A stretch of 56,039 bases of DNA, counting the filler, from Squatina squatina (lineage: Eukaryota): assembly GCA_031763465.1 (NCBI GenBank). It is 3 parts of 3 records of this genome, joined end to end, with 100 filler letters (N's around TTAATTAATTAA, not from the genome) between each part and the next. Parts side by side here need not be neighbours in the genome. Positions count along the whole stretch, not along the records: positions 29,021 to 41,153 come from JARFOE010000038.1; positions 41,254 to 56,039 come from JARFOE010000121.1; 1 more part is not named here. One strand, written 5' to 3'. Below the pieces are notes generated by a model, which saw nothing but the letters and a program-made list of their open reading frames with translations, was not told the origin of the DNA and ran no database searches. How positions within the stretch are numbered: position 1 is the first letter of the stretch; each line of letters begins with the position of its first letter. Shown one piece after another: positions 36,981 to 50,939 of the stretch. Both the position numbers and the translations under genes were made by a program.

Positions 36981-37850
36981 TTTGCAGATGATACAAAAAT
37001 GAGCCATATGGTTGATAGTGAGGAAGAAAGCAGTACACTGCACTGAGGTATCAATGGACTAGTCAGGTGGGCAGAAAAGTGGCAAATGGATTTCAATCCG
37101 GAGAAGTGTGAGGTGATGCATTTGGGGAGGACTAACATGGTAGGACACTGAGAAGAGGCACCTTGGAGTGCATGTCCACAGATCCTTGAAGATAGCAGGA
37201 CAGGTAGATATGGCGGTTCAGAATGCAGACAGGACATTTTCCTTTACTAGTTGAGGCATGGAATATAAAAACAGACTGGTTCTGCTAGAACTGTATAAAA
37301 CACTGGTTAGGCCATAGCTAGAGTACTGCTGGTCACCAGATTACAGGAAGGATGTGATTGCACTAGAGAGGGTACAGAGGAGATTTAGAAGGATGCCACA
37401 GGACTAGAGAATTTAAGCTATGGAGGAAAGATTGAATAGGCTGGGGTTGTTTTCTTTGGAACCAAGGAGACTGAGGGGAGATTTAATATAAAATTATGAG
37501 GGGCGAGATAGAATGGAGAGGAAGGACCTATTCCCCTTAGCAGAGAGGTCAATAGCCAGGGGGCAGAGATTTAAAGTAATTGGGAGGAGGTTTAGAGGGG
37601 ATTTGAGGAGAACTTCTTTCACCCAGAGGGTGGTGGGGGTCTGGAACTCTCTGCCTGAAAGGGTGGGAGAGGCAGAAACCCTCATCACATTTAAAAAGTA
37701 CTTGGATGTGCACTTGAAGTGCTGTAACCTACAGGGCTTCGGACCAAGAGCTGGAAAGTGGGATTAGGCTGGAGAGCTCTTTGTTGGCCGGCACAGACAC
37801 GATGGGCCGAATGGCCTCCTCCTGTGCCTTAAACTTTTATCATTCTATGA
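36981..37850 (+). mobile_element. CR1-clade LINE 3' fragment
   Basis: Motifs include FADDTK, WQMDFNPEKCEVMHLG, LYKTLVRP.LEYC and FTQRVVGVWNSLPERVGEAETLITFKKYLDVHL. They are followed by the 3' tail gatgggccgaatggcctcctcctgtgc...ttctatga. Confidence 0.93.
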
Positions 37851-38010
37851 ACGCTTTTAGTACGCTTCAAATTTCTTTCAGGATCACTTTTTACTTCATT
37901 TTGCACTGTCTACTGGATTGTATGTTGTTTGCAAACTGACATTGGCTGTGCATTTAAGGGTAGTTGTGTTTCTGATAAATATTGCTAGATCTTGTATAAA
38001 GTGGTTATGG

Positions 38011-38140
38011 AACACACACACACACTCACTCACACTCACCCACTCACACACACACGCACACTCACATACACACTTTCACACAAACACACACTCACACAAA
38101 CACAACCCTCACACACTCACTAACACACACTCACACATAC
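38011..38140 (+). repeat. Imperfect (CA)n microsatellite
   Basis: A directly visible acacacacacactcactcacac tract. Confidence 0.9.
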
Positions 38141-38943
38141 GCAATTGCACATCTGCGGCTCAGGGTGAATCAGCTTATATTGTTTTGTAATGGGATGATG
38201 GTGAAATTGTGTGACAGGATAAGTGTTAAAGAATGTGAGTGTGACACTGGGAAGCTGCGTTATATCGCAGGACTTTTAAAATATTATACAGCATGCAGTA
38301 AAGAAACAAAAGTATGCCGAATTTATTTCAGCACCAGAGGTGGGGTTAATGTGTCACTGTACTGAAGGGCAGTGCAGTGAAAAGGAGCCCCGTAGGTCCA
38401 AATTAATAAAGGCCACTTTTTTTCTGAATTTCGGGGAATTTCTACATATAGATAGGTCTCATTGGCGTTCAGTTTTTGCATTTAATTATTTTGTGCTCCT
38501 CATTAGCGACGATGAATTCAAATGAACTTAGAAGCTTCGCTCCAATTAGATGAGCTCAGGCGCCTATCTAATTGGAACTGCATATTAAGCAGGCAACTTC
38601 ATTACAATTTTGAAAGAGACATCCCAGAAGGTCGGCTCGCAGAACTACAAAGAATAATCATGATAAATGAAACAGCCAAGCTTAATGAATTAAATCAACA
38701 GAACGTGCTGTCTCTATCAATAACTATACAATGAAAGTGCAATAAATGTACTGGTTCAATTGGCTTCAATCGATCATGGTCAAAAGCCATGTGCACATAG
38801 CCATTATGTCATTGCAAGAGGATGTTTCCAAGGATTGCAGCAGTAGGCAGCAGTTTCCCACTGAGTGAACCTATCGCCACAGTTGCTGTACTTCAACCGG
38901 GACAGCACACTGCTAAAACAGAGCCAGCACAAGCTTGAATGGT

Positions 38944-39390
38944 GTCAGCCATGTCACAGTGGGCAGCACTCTCGCCTCTGAGTCAAGAGGTTGTGGGTTT
39001 AAATCTAACTCCAGAGACTTGAGCTCAAAAGTCTAGGCTGACGCTCCGGTGCAGTGCTGAGGGACCGCTGCGCTGTCAGAGGGGCCGTCTTTCGGACAAG
39101 ACCTTAAATCTAGACCCCATCTGCTCTCTCAGGTGGATGTAAATGATCCCACGGCACTATTTTGAAGAAGAGCAGGGGGAGTTCTCCCCGGTGTCCTGGG
39201 GCCAATATTTATCCCTCAATCAACATCACTAAAAACAGATGATCTGGTCATTATCACATTGCTGTTTGTGGGAGCTTGTTATTATGCAAAATTGGCTGCC
39301 GCGTTTCCTGCATTACAACAGGGTCTACACTTAAAGTACTTCATTGGCTGTAAAACGCTTTGGGTCATGAAAGGCAAGTCTTTCTTTCTT
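38944..39390 (+). mobile_element. Near full-length tRNA-derived Deu-domain SINE (SacSINE1/AmnSINE1-like)
   Basis: It has a tRNA-like head (cagtgggcagcactctcgcctctgagtcaagaggttgtgggtttaaatc), a core gccgtctttcgg...ctctcaggtggatgtaaatgatcccacggcactattttgaagaagagcagggggagttctccccggtgtcctgg, and an L2-like tail. Several copies occur in the window. The family name is from recalled consensus. Confidence 0.8.
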
Positions 39391-41153
39391 ACAAAAAACA
39401 CTGTTGCTGAGTTCTCCTGGCCAATATTTATCGCTCAATCAACAACATCAATAGATAATGCTTTGGAATTAAAATTAGTAACAGTCTGTTTTCGGGGCAC
39501 ATAACCAAATACGCGGGCACCCCAACCCCAAGGCCTGAAGTTCCTCCGGAAATGCTCCTCGGGCCTCGTTTCAATCATTTACGCGAGGTTCCCGTGTCTG
39601 TCGGGCCTCCAGAGGCAGCTAGCATATTACCACCGTGTCAATTTGAGGCTGTGGCCCTTGGGTAACTCCCGGGGAAAGAGAGGGGAAGAAGAGCATTGAT
39701 CTGAAAAGCAGGAAAGATTATGGCTACATGTAGTGACACTCCAGTTAAATGAGCTAGACTCCTCCTGAACAAGCAGCTGTCACCATGCCACAAGGATGTG
39801 ATGCGGTCAGTTAATCTGCAACAATCAGGAGCACAAAATGTCATTCAAATAGACTTAAACTCAGTGCAGTTTTGAATGAGGGTGATTTACTCCAGTTTGT
39901 TGACATGGTACTGCAAAGCTTTGCAACTACTGGCTTGATTTTAAACCAGAATTGGTATGCAAAATAAGATTGTGGTTAAAGCTACTTCTTCAGAGCTTTA
40001 GACCACATCTTCTTTGCACTTCCTTTTTCTTAAACCACTTACTGGTGTCCATCCAAGTTTGCTGTTTGGAATCTTTTCATCTATCATTCTCTTTAGTTAA
40101 AAGGAGCCCTGGCCCCATTTCACACCACAGGTGAGTGGAAAGGGTATGCACTGCAGCGTTCCCACTAGGCATACATGCGGTAACTTGTAAGTTTTCACTG
40201 CCAGATATATGGCTTTGTGCACTGGGATCTCACATCAGAATAACAGTGCGGAGGTTTGCAAGACAATTATGGATAAGGACGGACATACCGCCCATCTTCG
40301 TTCATCCATTCTACAGTTACCCCATTGGTTCTCAAACGATTCCAGGATTTTTGTCTCTGTTACTCGATCTGGAAGCCCATTCCATGTATTGGTCATTCCT
40401 TGTCAGAAGAACTTCCTGATTGCCTTTTACTAGTTTGAACTCATGTCCAGTGTCTTACCCTTGCAATTTGGCATGTCTGTTTGGCAGTCTACTTGATTTC
40501 CTGTCTATTAATTTTAATGGACAGAACATCCGACAGGTTACAAAACTGGAGTGCTTAACCCCGCACCTCATACTCTGATTTGGGCTTAAGACGGGCGAGG
40601 ATTTGAACTGGGCGAGCAATCTTCTAAAACTCCCCCTACAGCATATCATTTACTGGTATCATAATGCCACAAGGAAATATCACACCAAAACCAATGTTTG
40701 GTGTGTCTCAGTGTTGTCTTTTTTGTCTCGGGATAGGTTTCTGTGGAACTAGGCAAAGTTATCCTGGGCTTCAACCAGCTGTGCAGGGGATTAACCTATT
40801 TTTCCTCAGTAAATACATCTGTCACTGTTAATGTGATTCTATCTCCCCTGTGCAGTGTGCTTGAATGGATTTCTCTTTCCTTTTGAGGCTGCACCTTGCA
40901 GAATCCATCTTTCTCCCTACATTAACTGCTAGTTTGGGTCATCTGTGTTGTAATTGTGTATCCTACAGCTGGGCACCCCCAGAGACAAGAATGCAATTGT
41001 TTTTTGATGGTGGAGATGTATTATAGACTATTGTGATTATTACAAACATTTGAATCATGTATGCCTAAAGGGTATTAACACACATCATATGGATTATACA
41101 AGATATTTTCAGTCAGAAAAAAATCATTGGTACAATAGCATAATCTAAAAACT

Positions 41154-41253
41154 NNNNNNNNNNNNNNNNNNNNNNNNNNNNNNNNNNNNNNNNNNNNTTA
41201 ATTAATTAANNNNNNNNNNNNNNNNNNNNNNNNNNNNNNNNNNNNNNNNNNNN
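41154..41253. other. Artificial scaffold spacer N44-TTAATTAATTAA-N44
   Basis: Same construction as 28921-29020, with the 12-mer at 41198-41209. Confidence 0.95.
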
Positions 41254-44200
41254 CATGCTGTTGAATCATGTCCACTAGCCTTGGCATAGCAAAAACACAT
41301 TTTTCATGAGAGAGAAAATAGACGACCATCCCGTCAGTTTGTATCTAGGACCAAAAGGTGAAAAGAAAGTATTATAACTCACTATATTTCCCACTCCCAG
41401 TACTGAGTATTATGGTCAAATAAAAGCTGTATTACAAGACTAAGTTATCCCAAGCATGAATTAAAGGTAGTCTATGGCAACCATTTGTTTTAAATAAAGA
41501 CAAATAGTTCCCGAACATCTTTAGATAATGAGGAGGAAACTCACTGGGAGATAAGCCAGACTCCTACCTTGGAAGCAATAGTCCCAGTGACTCTAAAGGG
41601 TTTGCTGAAAAGCTCCACCTCCTGAGCACTGCATAGATCTCAGGCAGAGTACCCAAGTCCCAGCTGGGAGCACTGCCCAGTAAGAGGGGAAGGAAGCAGT
41701 TTGAGCTGTTGCAGAATGAACGTTTTGTCCAGAGCAAGTTTTTCTCCTCCTCTTCAATCCTACAAAAACCAACAGAACATGTTGTGAAAATGTTGTGACA
41801 TCAATGTTCAGATCCCTACAAATGTCACAGTGAATGATACTGGCACTCCAGAATTGGAACATTATTCCACTGAGTGAAAAGTCAGACATGGCACAAGTCA
41901 AAACTTTCTCTGACAACGTAACTCAGCACTAATCTGAGACCAGTCTTTCTGTAAGAGCAGTCACCTAGTCTACACTCCTAATCCCCATCACCTCCTACAC
42001 GAGAATTGCCGTATCAAATAATATCAAATTGATAGAGCGCTTTTGTTTGTGAAGTGTTGCATCCTCTGGAAATTTGATTAAATTGTCTGGCAGAGGTCGT
42101 GAGCATTGCCTTTTAATAGCATGGGAAAGTGAGAGGAGTTGGATTTAATCCCAGATCGGAAAGATAAATAGCATTCTAAAACACTGTGCTGGATAGGGCT
42201 ATAAAAAGAGGGGCTGTTTCATTAATCTTAGAACGTAATATTGAAACAAAAACAGTACACAATACCTCAGATATATTTAAACTTGTTTTTGAAATAAAAT
42301 TCAAAGTGACTAATCACTCAGTGAGAAATGTACTGGGCTGTGCAGATCAGGATGGCCCCAAGTTTAAGCTGTATTCTGAGCTCTGATCTCAGCCAGGTTA
42401 GCAAAGATGGGGCAATACCCAGCTTCAACACCATGGCTTGAGAGGGGAGAAGGACATGCAAGACTTTCAGCAACCCAACGCACACAGCAACCTTTGCTGG
42501 AGTTTCTATCCCATAACCCAGGGTACTGAGGCTAATTCTACTGCCCCAATTCTCACTGCAGTGGATCAGCCAGCTCAAGACAAATCAGGATCAAATCTGG
42601 GATCTTTCTGGTCTGTGTGCCTCAGTTCCACAACATGCAGTGAATTGATCAACGGAGCTGCTTTCTGGTATATCGATCNNNNNNNNNNNNNNNNNNNNNN
42701 NNNNNNNNNNNNNNNNNNNNNNNNNNNNNNNNNNNNNNNNNNNNNNNNNNNNNNNNNNNNNNNNNNNNNNNNNNNNNNGGGGGCGGTGGGGGAGAGGCAT
42801 GCGGAGAATAAAAGGATAAATAAAGGATAAAGATCATCATGAACTTTCCTATACCAGGCTAAAAGGAAAAAGATGCATACTGAGATGGTAGAGTCCTATC
42901 ATCTATAAGAGCCTCCCTCAGCCACATACCGACTGGGCAAAATGATAAATGTAGAATACAAGAAGGCCATGTTGTTTTTAGGGAGGGAACAGAAAACCTG
43001 TACAGAAGAAGCTAGTAGCCAAAAGTAATTGTACAAAGCAGAGCCCGTTGAGTTTCTCTTTTATATTTCATGATGGTTCAGACATTGTTCCACAAATGTT
43101 TTATTTAGCCTTTTTGTTAAGCTTGAAAACAATGTTGGACATCATTCACATTAATATTTAGGGTCAAAAATCTCAGTAGACGGTTCTTACCTAGATAGGC
43201 TTACTTTATATGCGCCATTTTCTATGGCTACAGATTGATGAANNNNNNNNNNCTGGTCATCCCCCACCTGTTGAGGGCAATCAGCTGTTTAGGATAATTT
43301 AGTAGGCTAGGATTTACTTAGAGCTGATGTTGACATTAGGATTGATAGTAAAGAAAGATCATTAATATTTTGGGTCTTTGCCTCAAAAGAATAAAAGTGC
43401 AGTGCGAACAAAGTTCTGAGCAAAATGATCACTTACAGTTCGAGCCAAAACCCGTTGAAGATCACTGTATCTAAGTAGCTGAAGCCTGATGTCATTGCTG
43501 AGCTTCAGATAATGCTGTAGGCACTCATGACTCCCTAAGGTACAAGAACTACATCAAGAAGATTAGATTATATACAGTAATAACCTATTTTGCATGGGAA
43601 AAACTGATGCATATAATCACATAAATCCTTTATGTCACCAGCACATTCTTTATTTGTCCAAACAATGCTGCTATTTATATTGCAACATGCCCCTTTGGTT
43701 CCAATGCCTTTCCATTACGGTTATAAAATTGTTCAACATTTACCTGAGGATATCTCGCAATACCACCATTAACATTAACACTTGTGACTTNNNNNNNNNN
43801 NNNNNNNNNNNNNNNNNNNNNNNNNNNNNNNNNNNNNNNNNNNNNNNNNNNNNNNNNNNNNNNNNNNNNNNNNNNNNNNNNNNNNNNNNNTGCCAATGGC
43901 ATCTGCTCATATCACTTCAACAGGAACAGGAATCAGTCCCAGGATCTGGGTTTGTACCAGTTGATGCGGCAACACAGCGAATCCCCTGATGCTCTTTGAA
44001 CTGTGCCATTGTCTATCTTTGAGCAGGCAGCAGCAGTAATGGCAACTGTAATGTCAACATTAGTTACACAGCCCTCAGACACAGCAGATGTGTCTCACAG
44101 ATATTTCCGGAGCAGATCCAAGAAGCATCTTTGGCCAGCTTCAAGTCACTTGGCTTATCGACAATCATCAGGGAGGAGTTCAAAGACAAAACAGAGGCCC

Positions 44201-45075
44201 ATTGTTCTGTTCTCAGGCAAATCTCTGCCCAAGTGGATAAATGCCTCTAGCAATGGCAAGTGTGGGGACGCACAGAAAGAGTTGTGTGAGAGAAATGCCA
44301 GCAGCAGTTCTGGGACATCACATTGAGCACCAGCTCAGAGAGCATAAAAACTCCCCAGCAGCTGCATCATAGGGCAATCCTGGCACTGTTGCAGATACAT
44401 TAAAGTCAGTCCTAGATGTAGGTAGTGAGCCTTGTCTATCATAGGCGGTTTGCCAGTTGGCTCAGCAGTCAATCGCTACTGCTGTTCCTTAGCAAGTGGA
44501 GCACTTAGAATGTGGCACAGGACCAATGAATACATGGAGGTGCACACATTGCAGGAGCTAATTTAATGCGCTGTAGAAAAACACATTCAAAAATCACACC
44601 ACACATACACTCTAAGACCGTGTACACTCATTAACTAAATAAAATTATGCCATTTTGAATTTTCATTAAACCTCAATCTTTGCCCACATTAAGGGATTTG
44701 AAAACGGATAAGGTGACCTCCCACTGTTTGCACAACAGGTAACGAGCTGAGCTGAATTTAATCTTATGCTGGAAAGCTGAAGAAAACTTTTAAACTGGTG
44801 ACTTATGCTTGAGACCCATTGAAGAAAATCACTCTTTTAATACACCCTTCCAGCATTTCCCATTAATTGCAGCATGAGGGAGACAGTGTAACAGCATAGA
44901 ACCAAGAGAAGTGGTGTCACATTAAGTTTTAGGCAGATTATACAGACAGATGCTCATAAATATCAGTTTCAACCTNNNNNNNNNNNNNNNNNNNNNNNNN
45001 NNNNNNNNNNNNNNNNNNNNNNNNNNNNNNNNNNNNNNNNNNNNNNNNNNNNNNNNNNNNNNNNNNNNNNNNNNN

Positions 45076-45331
45076 CAGCACTCCATCCGTACTGCACTGA
45101 AGTGTCAGCCTACTTTATGTGCTCAAGTCCTGTAGTGGGGCTTGAACCCATAACATTCTGAGTCTGAGGCAAGAGTGCTACCCACTGAATGAAACATACA
45201 TTTTCTTCCCTCCTCCACTGAAAGAAAGACTTGCATTTATATAGCACCTTTCACGACCACCGGACATCCCAAAGCGTTTTGCAACCAGTGAAGTATTTTT
45301 TGAAGTGTAATCACTGTTGTAACGTAGGAAC
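45076..45331 (-). mobile_element. Two Deu-domain SINE pieces: head (45076-45190) and tail (45219-45331)
   Basis: Reverse complements of the head (cttgaacccataacattctgagtctgaggcaagagtgctacccactga) and the tail (aaagaaagacttgcatttatatagcacctttcacgacc) of the 38944-39390 element. Confidence 0.75.
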
Positions 45332-45815
45332 GGATTAACTACTCCTGGATGTTTGTTCCTGAGTACAACCAGCCCTCTGATATTTTTCAAAGTGCTCATC
45401 CTTTATGTGTGAGCCTAGATAATGACTGTCAGCAGGCCATTCAACCATGAATGACACCACAGCTGAGTCTGATCCTGTCCTCACATAAGTACTTTCCAGC
45501 ATGACTCACCGGTTAGTGATCAAGAGTCGGCATAGTCGCTAATTTGTTCCTGCTTCCAAGCCGGACGGTGTTGTAGCCTTCCTCCTCCCAGCTATTGCCC
45601 TGGATAAATTGGCTTACTCAACATACTCTCGTGATCAAACCTAAGGTATGGCTTAATACCATCCTGGTCATGGCTTTACCTGTCAATGGCGGGAGCTCAG
45701 TCATATTTTTAACTATTAATTAGGGATGAGTAGTGATATTTTACAACAGAGTTGAGGACTGTCATCTTTATCTGGAGGGTGAGACCATAGTTCGAATATT
45801 GCTATTAACCTTAAT

Positions 45816-46210
45816 TCAGGCCCCACTCCAGGGACTTGAGCACATAATCCAGGCTGATAGTTCAGTGCAGTACTGAGGGAGTGCTGTACTGTTGGAGATC
45901 TCGTCTTTCCGATAAGCCGTTAAAATGAGGCCCCGTTTGTCCTCCCAGATGTATGTAAAAGATCCCACGGCACTACTCAGAGAAGCGCAGAGGAGTTCTC
46001 CAGGTGCCCTGGTCAATATTTATCCCTCATCCAACACCAGATTAGCTGGTCATTTACCACACTGCAGTCTGTGGGACCTTTCTGTCACATATTGGCTGCT
46101 GCATTTCCCTCATTACAACATTGACGACATTTCAAAAGTACTTAATTGGCTCTGATGCACTTTGGGATGAGGACATAAAAAGTCCAATATAAATGCAAGT
46201 TTCTTTCTTT
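45816..46210 (+). mobile_element. Deu-domain SINE copy, 5'-truncated
   Basis: Colinear with 39005-39390 (ctccagggacttgagcacataatccaggctga...aaagatcccacggcacta...aaatgcaagtttctttcttt). Confidence 0.8.
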
Positions 46211-46490
46211 CATTTCCTTCTCTCTCCCCTCCATCCACTACCCTCTTCACCACCATCCTTTTTTCTCCTTTCCTCAGCCATTTGTATCCTCCCCTTGCGA
46301 TCTGTTGTGTCCTCTTCCACCTCCCACTTTCCCCCTACCCTTGCCATTCATCATCCTCCCTTCCCTCTATCCAATTAATCTCCCCTTGCCATCCATTCTG
46401 CCCTACGGTATCTATTTTGCCCCTCCCTTTTTCCATCCATTCTGCTCCTGTCCCCTTTCATCCCTGCACTCTTCTTGCCCTTCCCTTTAG
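46200..46490 (+). repeat. Low-complexity polypyrimidine tract
   Basis: About 290 bp made up mostly of C and T. Confidence 0.75.
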
Positions 46491-47317
46491 TGTGCCCCAA
46501 TTCAGTTGCTAATTCATTGGACAAATCTTGCTCCTCCCGTCAGTGTGCTCCTTGCTCTAATCTTCAGGAGTGCCACCCCTTTATACTCCTGTTCTTTTAA
46601 CAGTTCCAGCCTGCAGCATACTGAGGTGGAAATCCTGACCATTAGTGCTGGCAGTAAGCAGAGAAGAGGAGCAAGACCTACCCAGAGCATTACCCACCAG
46701 ACTGGGGCAGAGCAGAGTGGGAATTTTGTGTCAGCAAATGCTAACATGCTGACCAGGCCCTCAAAACACTGACCATTGTATGTGACTGTGATGTTCTCTA
46801 TCATCAACTACTCTTTCAGCAGAAGAGTAAGTAATTGGGCAAGTTGCTGGAGGGCTGCCAATGCCAGTGGACCTGGACCCAGATAAGGGTCAGCATCTTC
46901 AGCAATTAACGTACAAGTTCAGGAACATTTGACTCGTCCACGGGTACAGCTCCTTCTAATTCAAGAAGCAGAATGGGTTGGTTGGAAAGCAATCATTTTG
47001 TTTTCCCTTAAAAAATCACTCGGAGATGGTTGAGGCACCATTGATTACACTTGTCAACATAGTAAAACCACAGATAAAAATCACAGAACAGATTGGCAAT
47101 AAACCAGTATGAACCAGTCTCACTAGGTATGAGATGACAAAAAAACTGCTCACTGCTGACTTACAAGATGAAAATCTCTTGATTGTCTAAGTGATAGGTT
47201 TATTAGGTGCTCCAGANNNNNNNNNNNNNNNNNNNNNNNNNNNNNNNNNNNNNNNNNNNNNNNNNNNNNNNNNNNNNNNNNNNNNNNNNNNNNNNNNNNN
47301 NNNNNNNNNNNNNNNNG

Positions 47318-47474
47318 AACTCCCTCCCTAACAACATTATGTGCATACCTTCATCAGGCATACTGCAGCGGCTCAAGAATGTGCCTCACACCACCTTCTC
47401 AAGGACAATTACGGATGTGCAATAAATGCTGGCTTTGTCAGCGACACCCACATCCCAGTAACGAATTAAAAAAA
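47318..47474 (+). mobile_element. Non-LTR retrotransposon 3' end (CR1/L2 group)
   Basis: An NSLPN..........LQR.K ORF-end remnant, then aataaa and an A-rich tail. Confidence 0.55.
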
Positions 47475-48623
47475 TACTCAAGACTGATTTCTCACTCAAC
47501 CAAATCTGTGCAGGAGAAACGAGTGCAATTGGCCACATCGGAATTGATGCAGCAAAATAGGAGAGTAAAGAAAGAAGAAATGATAACGGGTATATGTTAC
47601 AAAGGAACGCTTCCAGTGCAAAACTTCACTTGCTGGGAATACTTACCAAAGAGTTACTGTGCCCAGCCACAATTTTTCATCCATTAATTTTAATGGACAG
47701 AAAATTTTGAAGGCACATGTGGAAATTCCTAGTGCGTGAGGCTCCGTGCTGGGGGTGCACATATTTAAAGTTACCCTTCAATGTTAATTCCAAATTAATT
47801 AGTAATTCATCCCAAACTGGCTGGTTAGAGGAATTTAAAAATAACTATTAGCACACACTGGCAGTGTAAAAGTTTTAATTGCATGATACTGAACAATATA
47901 TAAAAAGTAGAATATAAACCAATCAACACATCACAGAATTGACAAAGTGCTCATTTACATAAACTTGTACAATATGATCCTTGTATTAAGTGATTTACAA
48001 AACTTTCACATATTTACATATGTAACACTAAGCCAGGTTTTGTTTTTGTACCTTTACTGTGTACCAAACACATGCTCCAGATATAATCCCAAGTGTGAAA
48101 GAACAGTGGAATTTCATCTTGGAAAAGCTATTTATAAGTATAGATAAGCTATTATTTTGTATGTACCAACCTTAATATTCATTGGTAATATCTCCCACAA
48201 AATGATGTACACTTAAATAGTTATCAACATATAACACAAAATTCAGACTTGACCGCACACTTACAGTTTACTTGATATAATAATGGACCAATATGTATTA
48301 TAATCACTGACAATAAGTCAGAATATATTACGCACAAGGGCAGAGTTTATGAATTAGCAGTCCTGGTGCAGAGCTTTATATGATGGGATCAAGATTTGTC
48401 TAGAAATTCTGCCCATGGGTGGAAAATCATATGGGACGTGCTGACTTCCATACCCCAAATCCGTTTGTACTCTCCCGTTACATGAAGCCCTGTGCTGATT
48501 CATCCAGTCGACCTTCATATGCAATGTTAGCTCTATGGCAGCTTAAAGAGGAAGTGTTTACTAGTGAATTTCCACACCTGAAGTTCCATGAAATCATAAG
48601 TGGGCAGTGACACCAGAGTTAAC

Positions 48624-48849
48624 CATAAGAAACAGGAGCAGATGTAGGCCATTCTGCCCCTCGAGCCTGCTCTGCCATTCAATGAGATCATGGCTGATCT
48701 CATTCACCTCAATTCCACTTTCCTGCCTTTTCCCCATAACCCTTGGTTTCCTTGCTGATCAAAAATCTGTCTATCTCAGCTTTGAATATATTCAATGACT
48801 CAACCTCCACAGCTCTCTGGGGTAAAGAATTCCAAAGATTCACTACCCT
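48624..48849 (-). mobile_element. CR1-type LINE 3' end
   Basis: cataagaaacaggagcagatgtaggccattctgcccctcgagcctgctc...ctctggggtaaagaattccaaagattcac, which reads VNLWNSLPQR on -. Confidence 0.8.
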
Positions 48850-50558
48850 NNNNNNNNNNNNNNNNNNNNNNNNNNNNNNNNNNNNNNNNNNNNNNNNNNN
48901 NNNNNNNNNNNNNNNNNNNNNNNNNNNNNNNNNNNNNNNNNNNNNNNNNAGGGTTCAGCATCTGTGTCCAGCTGAGCAGAGCTTGGAAAGGATTGTACCC
49001 CCAAAATGCAACTCTCCACAGCTGTCCCTGCCACCAGTGTCTGCTCGTGCTCACTTGTGAAGTATGAATCACGGGGGGGAAAACCCAACTAACTGTCAAA
49101 GTGGACCCATCAAAATGTGAGTACCTGTGCTGGTGCATAGCTATACATCTCTTAGAAAGAATGAGATCCTCTGAGGAATCGTCCTCATGGATGTCCTGCA
49201 CATGAAGGCCCTGGAAGACAAAAGAAAGGGATATGATTTAGTTGTGGCAAAGTCACAATCTTGACAATCACCACATTCCGTCTTCTCATAGTTCAGTCAT
49301 TGATTAACTAAAGTCAGCATATATGTGACAGAGATATTTGTAATTCTGTCACCAGCTTACTGTCGCTCCGTCTCTGACTGAGAGGGATGTGCCACTTATC
49401 TCCAGTGCATCCTCCTCTGTATCTGTGAACAGAACTATTTGTGACAGTCTGCCTTCAGTTCAGTCACTCTCCCTTGAATTTTGCACTCTATTCTCCTACA
49501 AGAGAATACAGTGAAGTGAGTGAGTGAATGAAGGTGAGGTATTCACCCGATGGTGAATAGAAAGTGAAGGCTGGATCAAGAAAGCTTAGCAAGTCAGAGT
49601 GCAAGGAGANNNNNNNNNNNNNNNNNNNNNNNNNNNNNNNNNNNNNNNNNNNNNNNNNNNNNNNNNNNNNNNNNNNNNNNNNNNNNNNNNNNNNNNNNNN
49701 NNNNNNNNNAACATTTCTATATTTATGCAGACTTGGTGCTGGAAAATTTTCAGAATAAATATAAATAGCTGCCAATAAGAGAAGTGATTCTCTCCAGGTA
49801 GTTGAGCCAGTTTCCATAGATCATTAATCTTTACATGACAGCCAATCAGCAAGGTAACCATGTAAACATGACAACGCAGGCTTCAGGGGCTCGTGGAGTA
49901 GTCTGCTCCCCTTGGAATATTGTGTTTTGAAAGTACGTAATTGAATTAATTAAACCAGTGCTGTTAAAGGGAGTAACACCGTGGTGTTCTGTCATCAGTT
50001 TAAAAAAAAAACTCTTACAAGGGCTTAACTTGTCAAAACTTGCAGATTGCTCGCTTCAGTTGGGTCTGCCTGAGCTTTGCAACTAGGCATGTCGGTCCTG
50101 GGTTAGAGAGGGTCGAGCTTGGCAAGATTCCAACTCCCAATCCCCATACCATGGGAGATGGAACGGAAAAATGTTTTTGATACAGATAAGAAAGAAATAA
50201 GAGGTTCGTTGGAAGAAAGAACAAAGGAAGTTACTTGTATCTTAAGTAGGTCTTAGGTAAAGAGTATTACAAATATTTCAGGTGTGGGACCTTGCAGCTT
50301 TCAGTGTGGTGCAATATTTCTTTGCCCGTGTTCCATGTATGATAAATTGCTTCAATAAATTTGCTATAATACAGAAATGGGTGAACCATCGCGATTGCAT
50401 TTTGGCAGCTGCAGAGCTCTGGTAAACATCAAAAACTGCTTTCCAGGTTTTGGACACTTGAGCAACACGATGGGAGATCTACCAGAGTTTAAATTAGCCT
50501 AACTTTTTTTTTAATTGCTGTACGCATTTTCTTGTACCAAATCCTTTGTTCTCGTTTT

Positions 50559-50779
50559 GTCAGCCATGGCTCAGTCAGAAGGTTGTGGGTTCAAGTCCTA
50601 CTCCATGGACTTGAGCACATAAATCTGGACTGATACTCCAGTGCTACGCTGAGGGGAGTGCCGCACTGTCTTACGGATGAGACGTTAAACCGAGGCCCTA
50701 TCTACCCGCTCAGGTGGATGTAAAAGATCCCAGGGCACTATTTTGAAGAAGGGCAGGGGAGTTAGCCCCCGGTGTCCTG
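50559..50779 (+). mobile_element. Deu-domain SINE copy, cut by a gap
   Basis: gtcagccatggctcagtcagaaggttgtgggttcaagtcctactcca...ctcaggtggatgtaaaagatcccagggcactattttgaagaag. Confidence 0.8.
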
Positions 50780-50939
50780 NNNNNNNNNNNNNNNNNNNNN
50801 NNNNNNNNNNNNNNNNNNNNNNNNNNNNNNNNNNNNNNNNNNNNNNNNNNNNNNNNNNNNNNNNNNNNNNNNNNNNNNNGCTGAAATCCCGACGGTTACA
50901 TCACTGCCACACGAGACGTGAAAAGCTGCTAAAACACTG

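Noticed and set aside
38944-39015. tRNA gene
   Set aside because: It is a degenerate tRNA-derived SINE head continuous with the SINE body.
43891-44330. 107-aa ORF at 44003-44326
   Set aside because: No recognisable domain or splice signals. It is probably decayed repeat or a chance ORF.
49835-49875. CCAAT box plus RFX-like motif as a promoter
   Set aside because: The matches are short and imperfect, with no CpG island or exon support.
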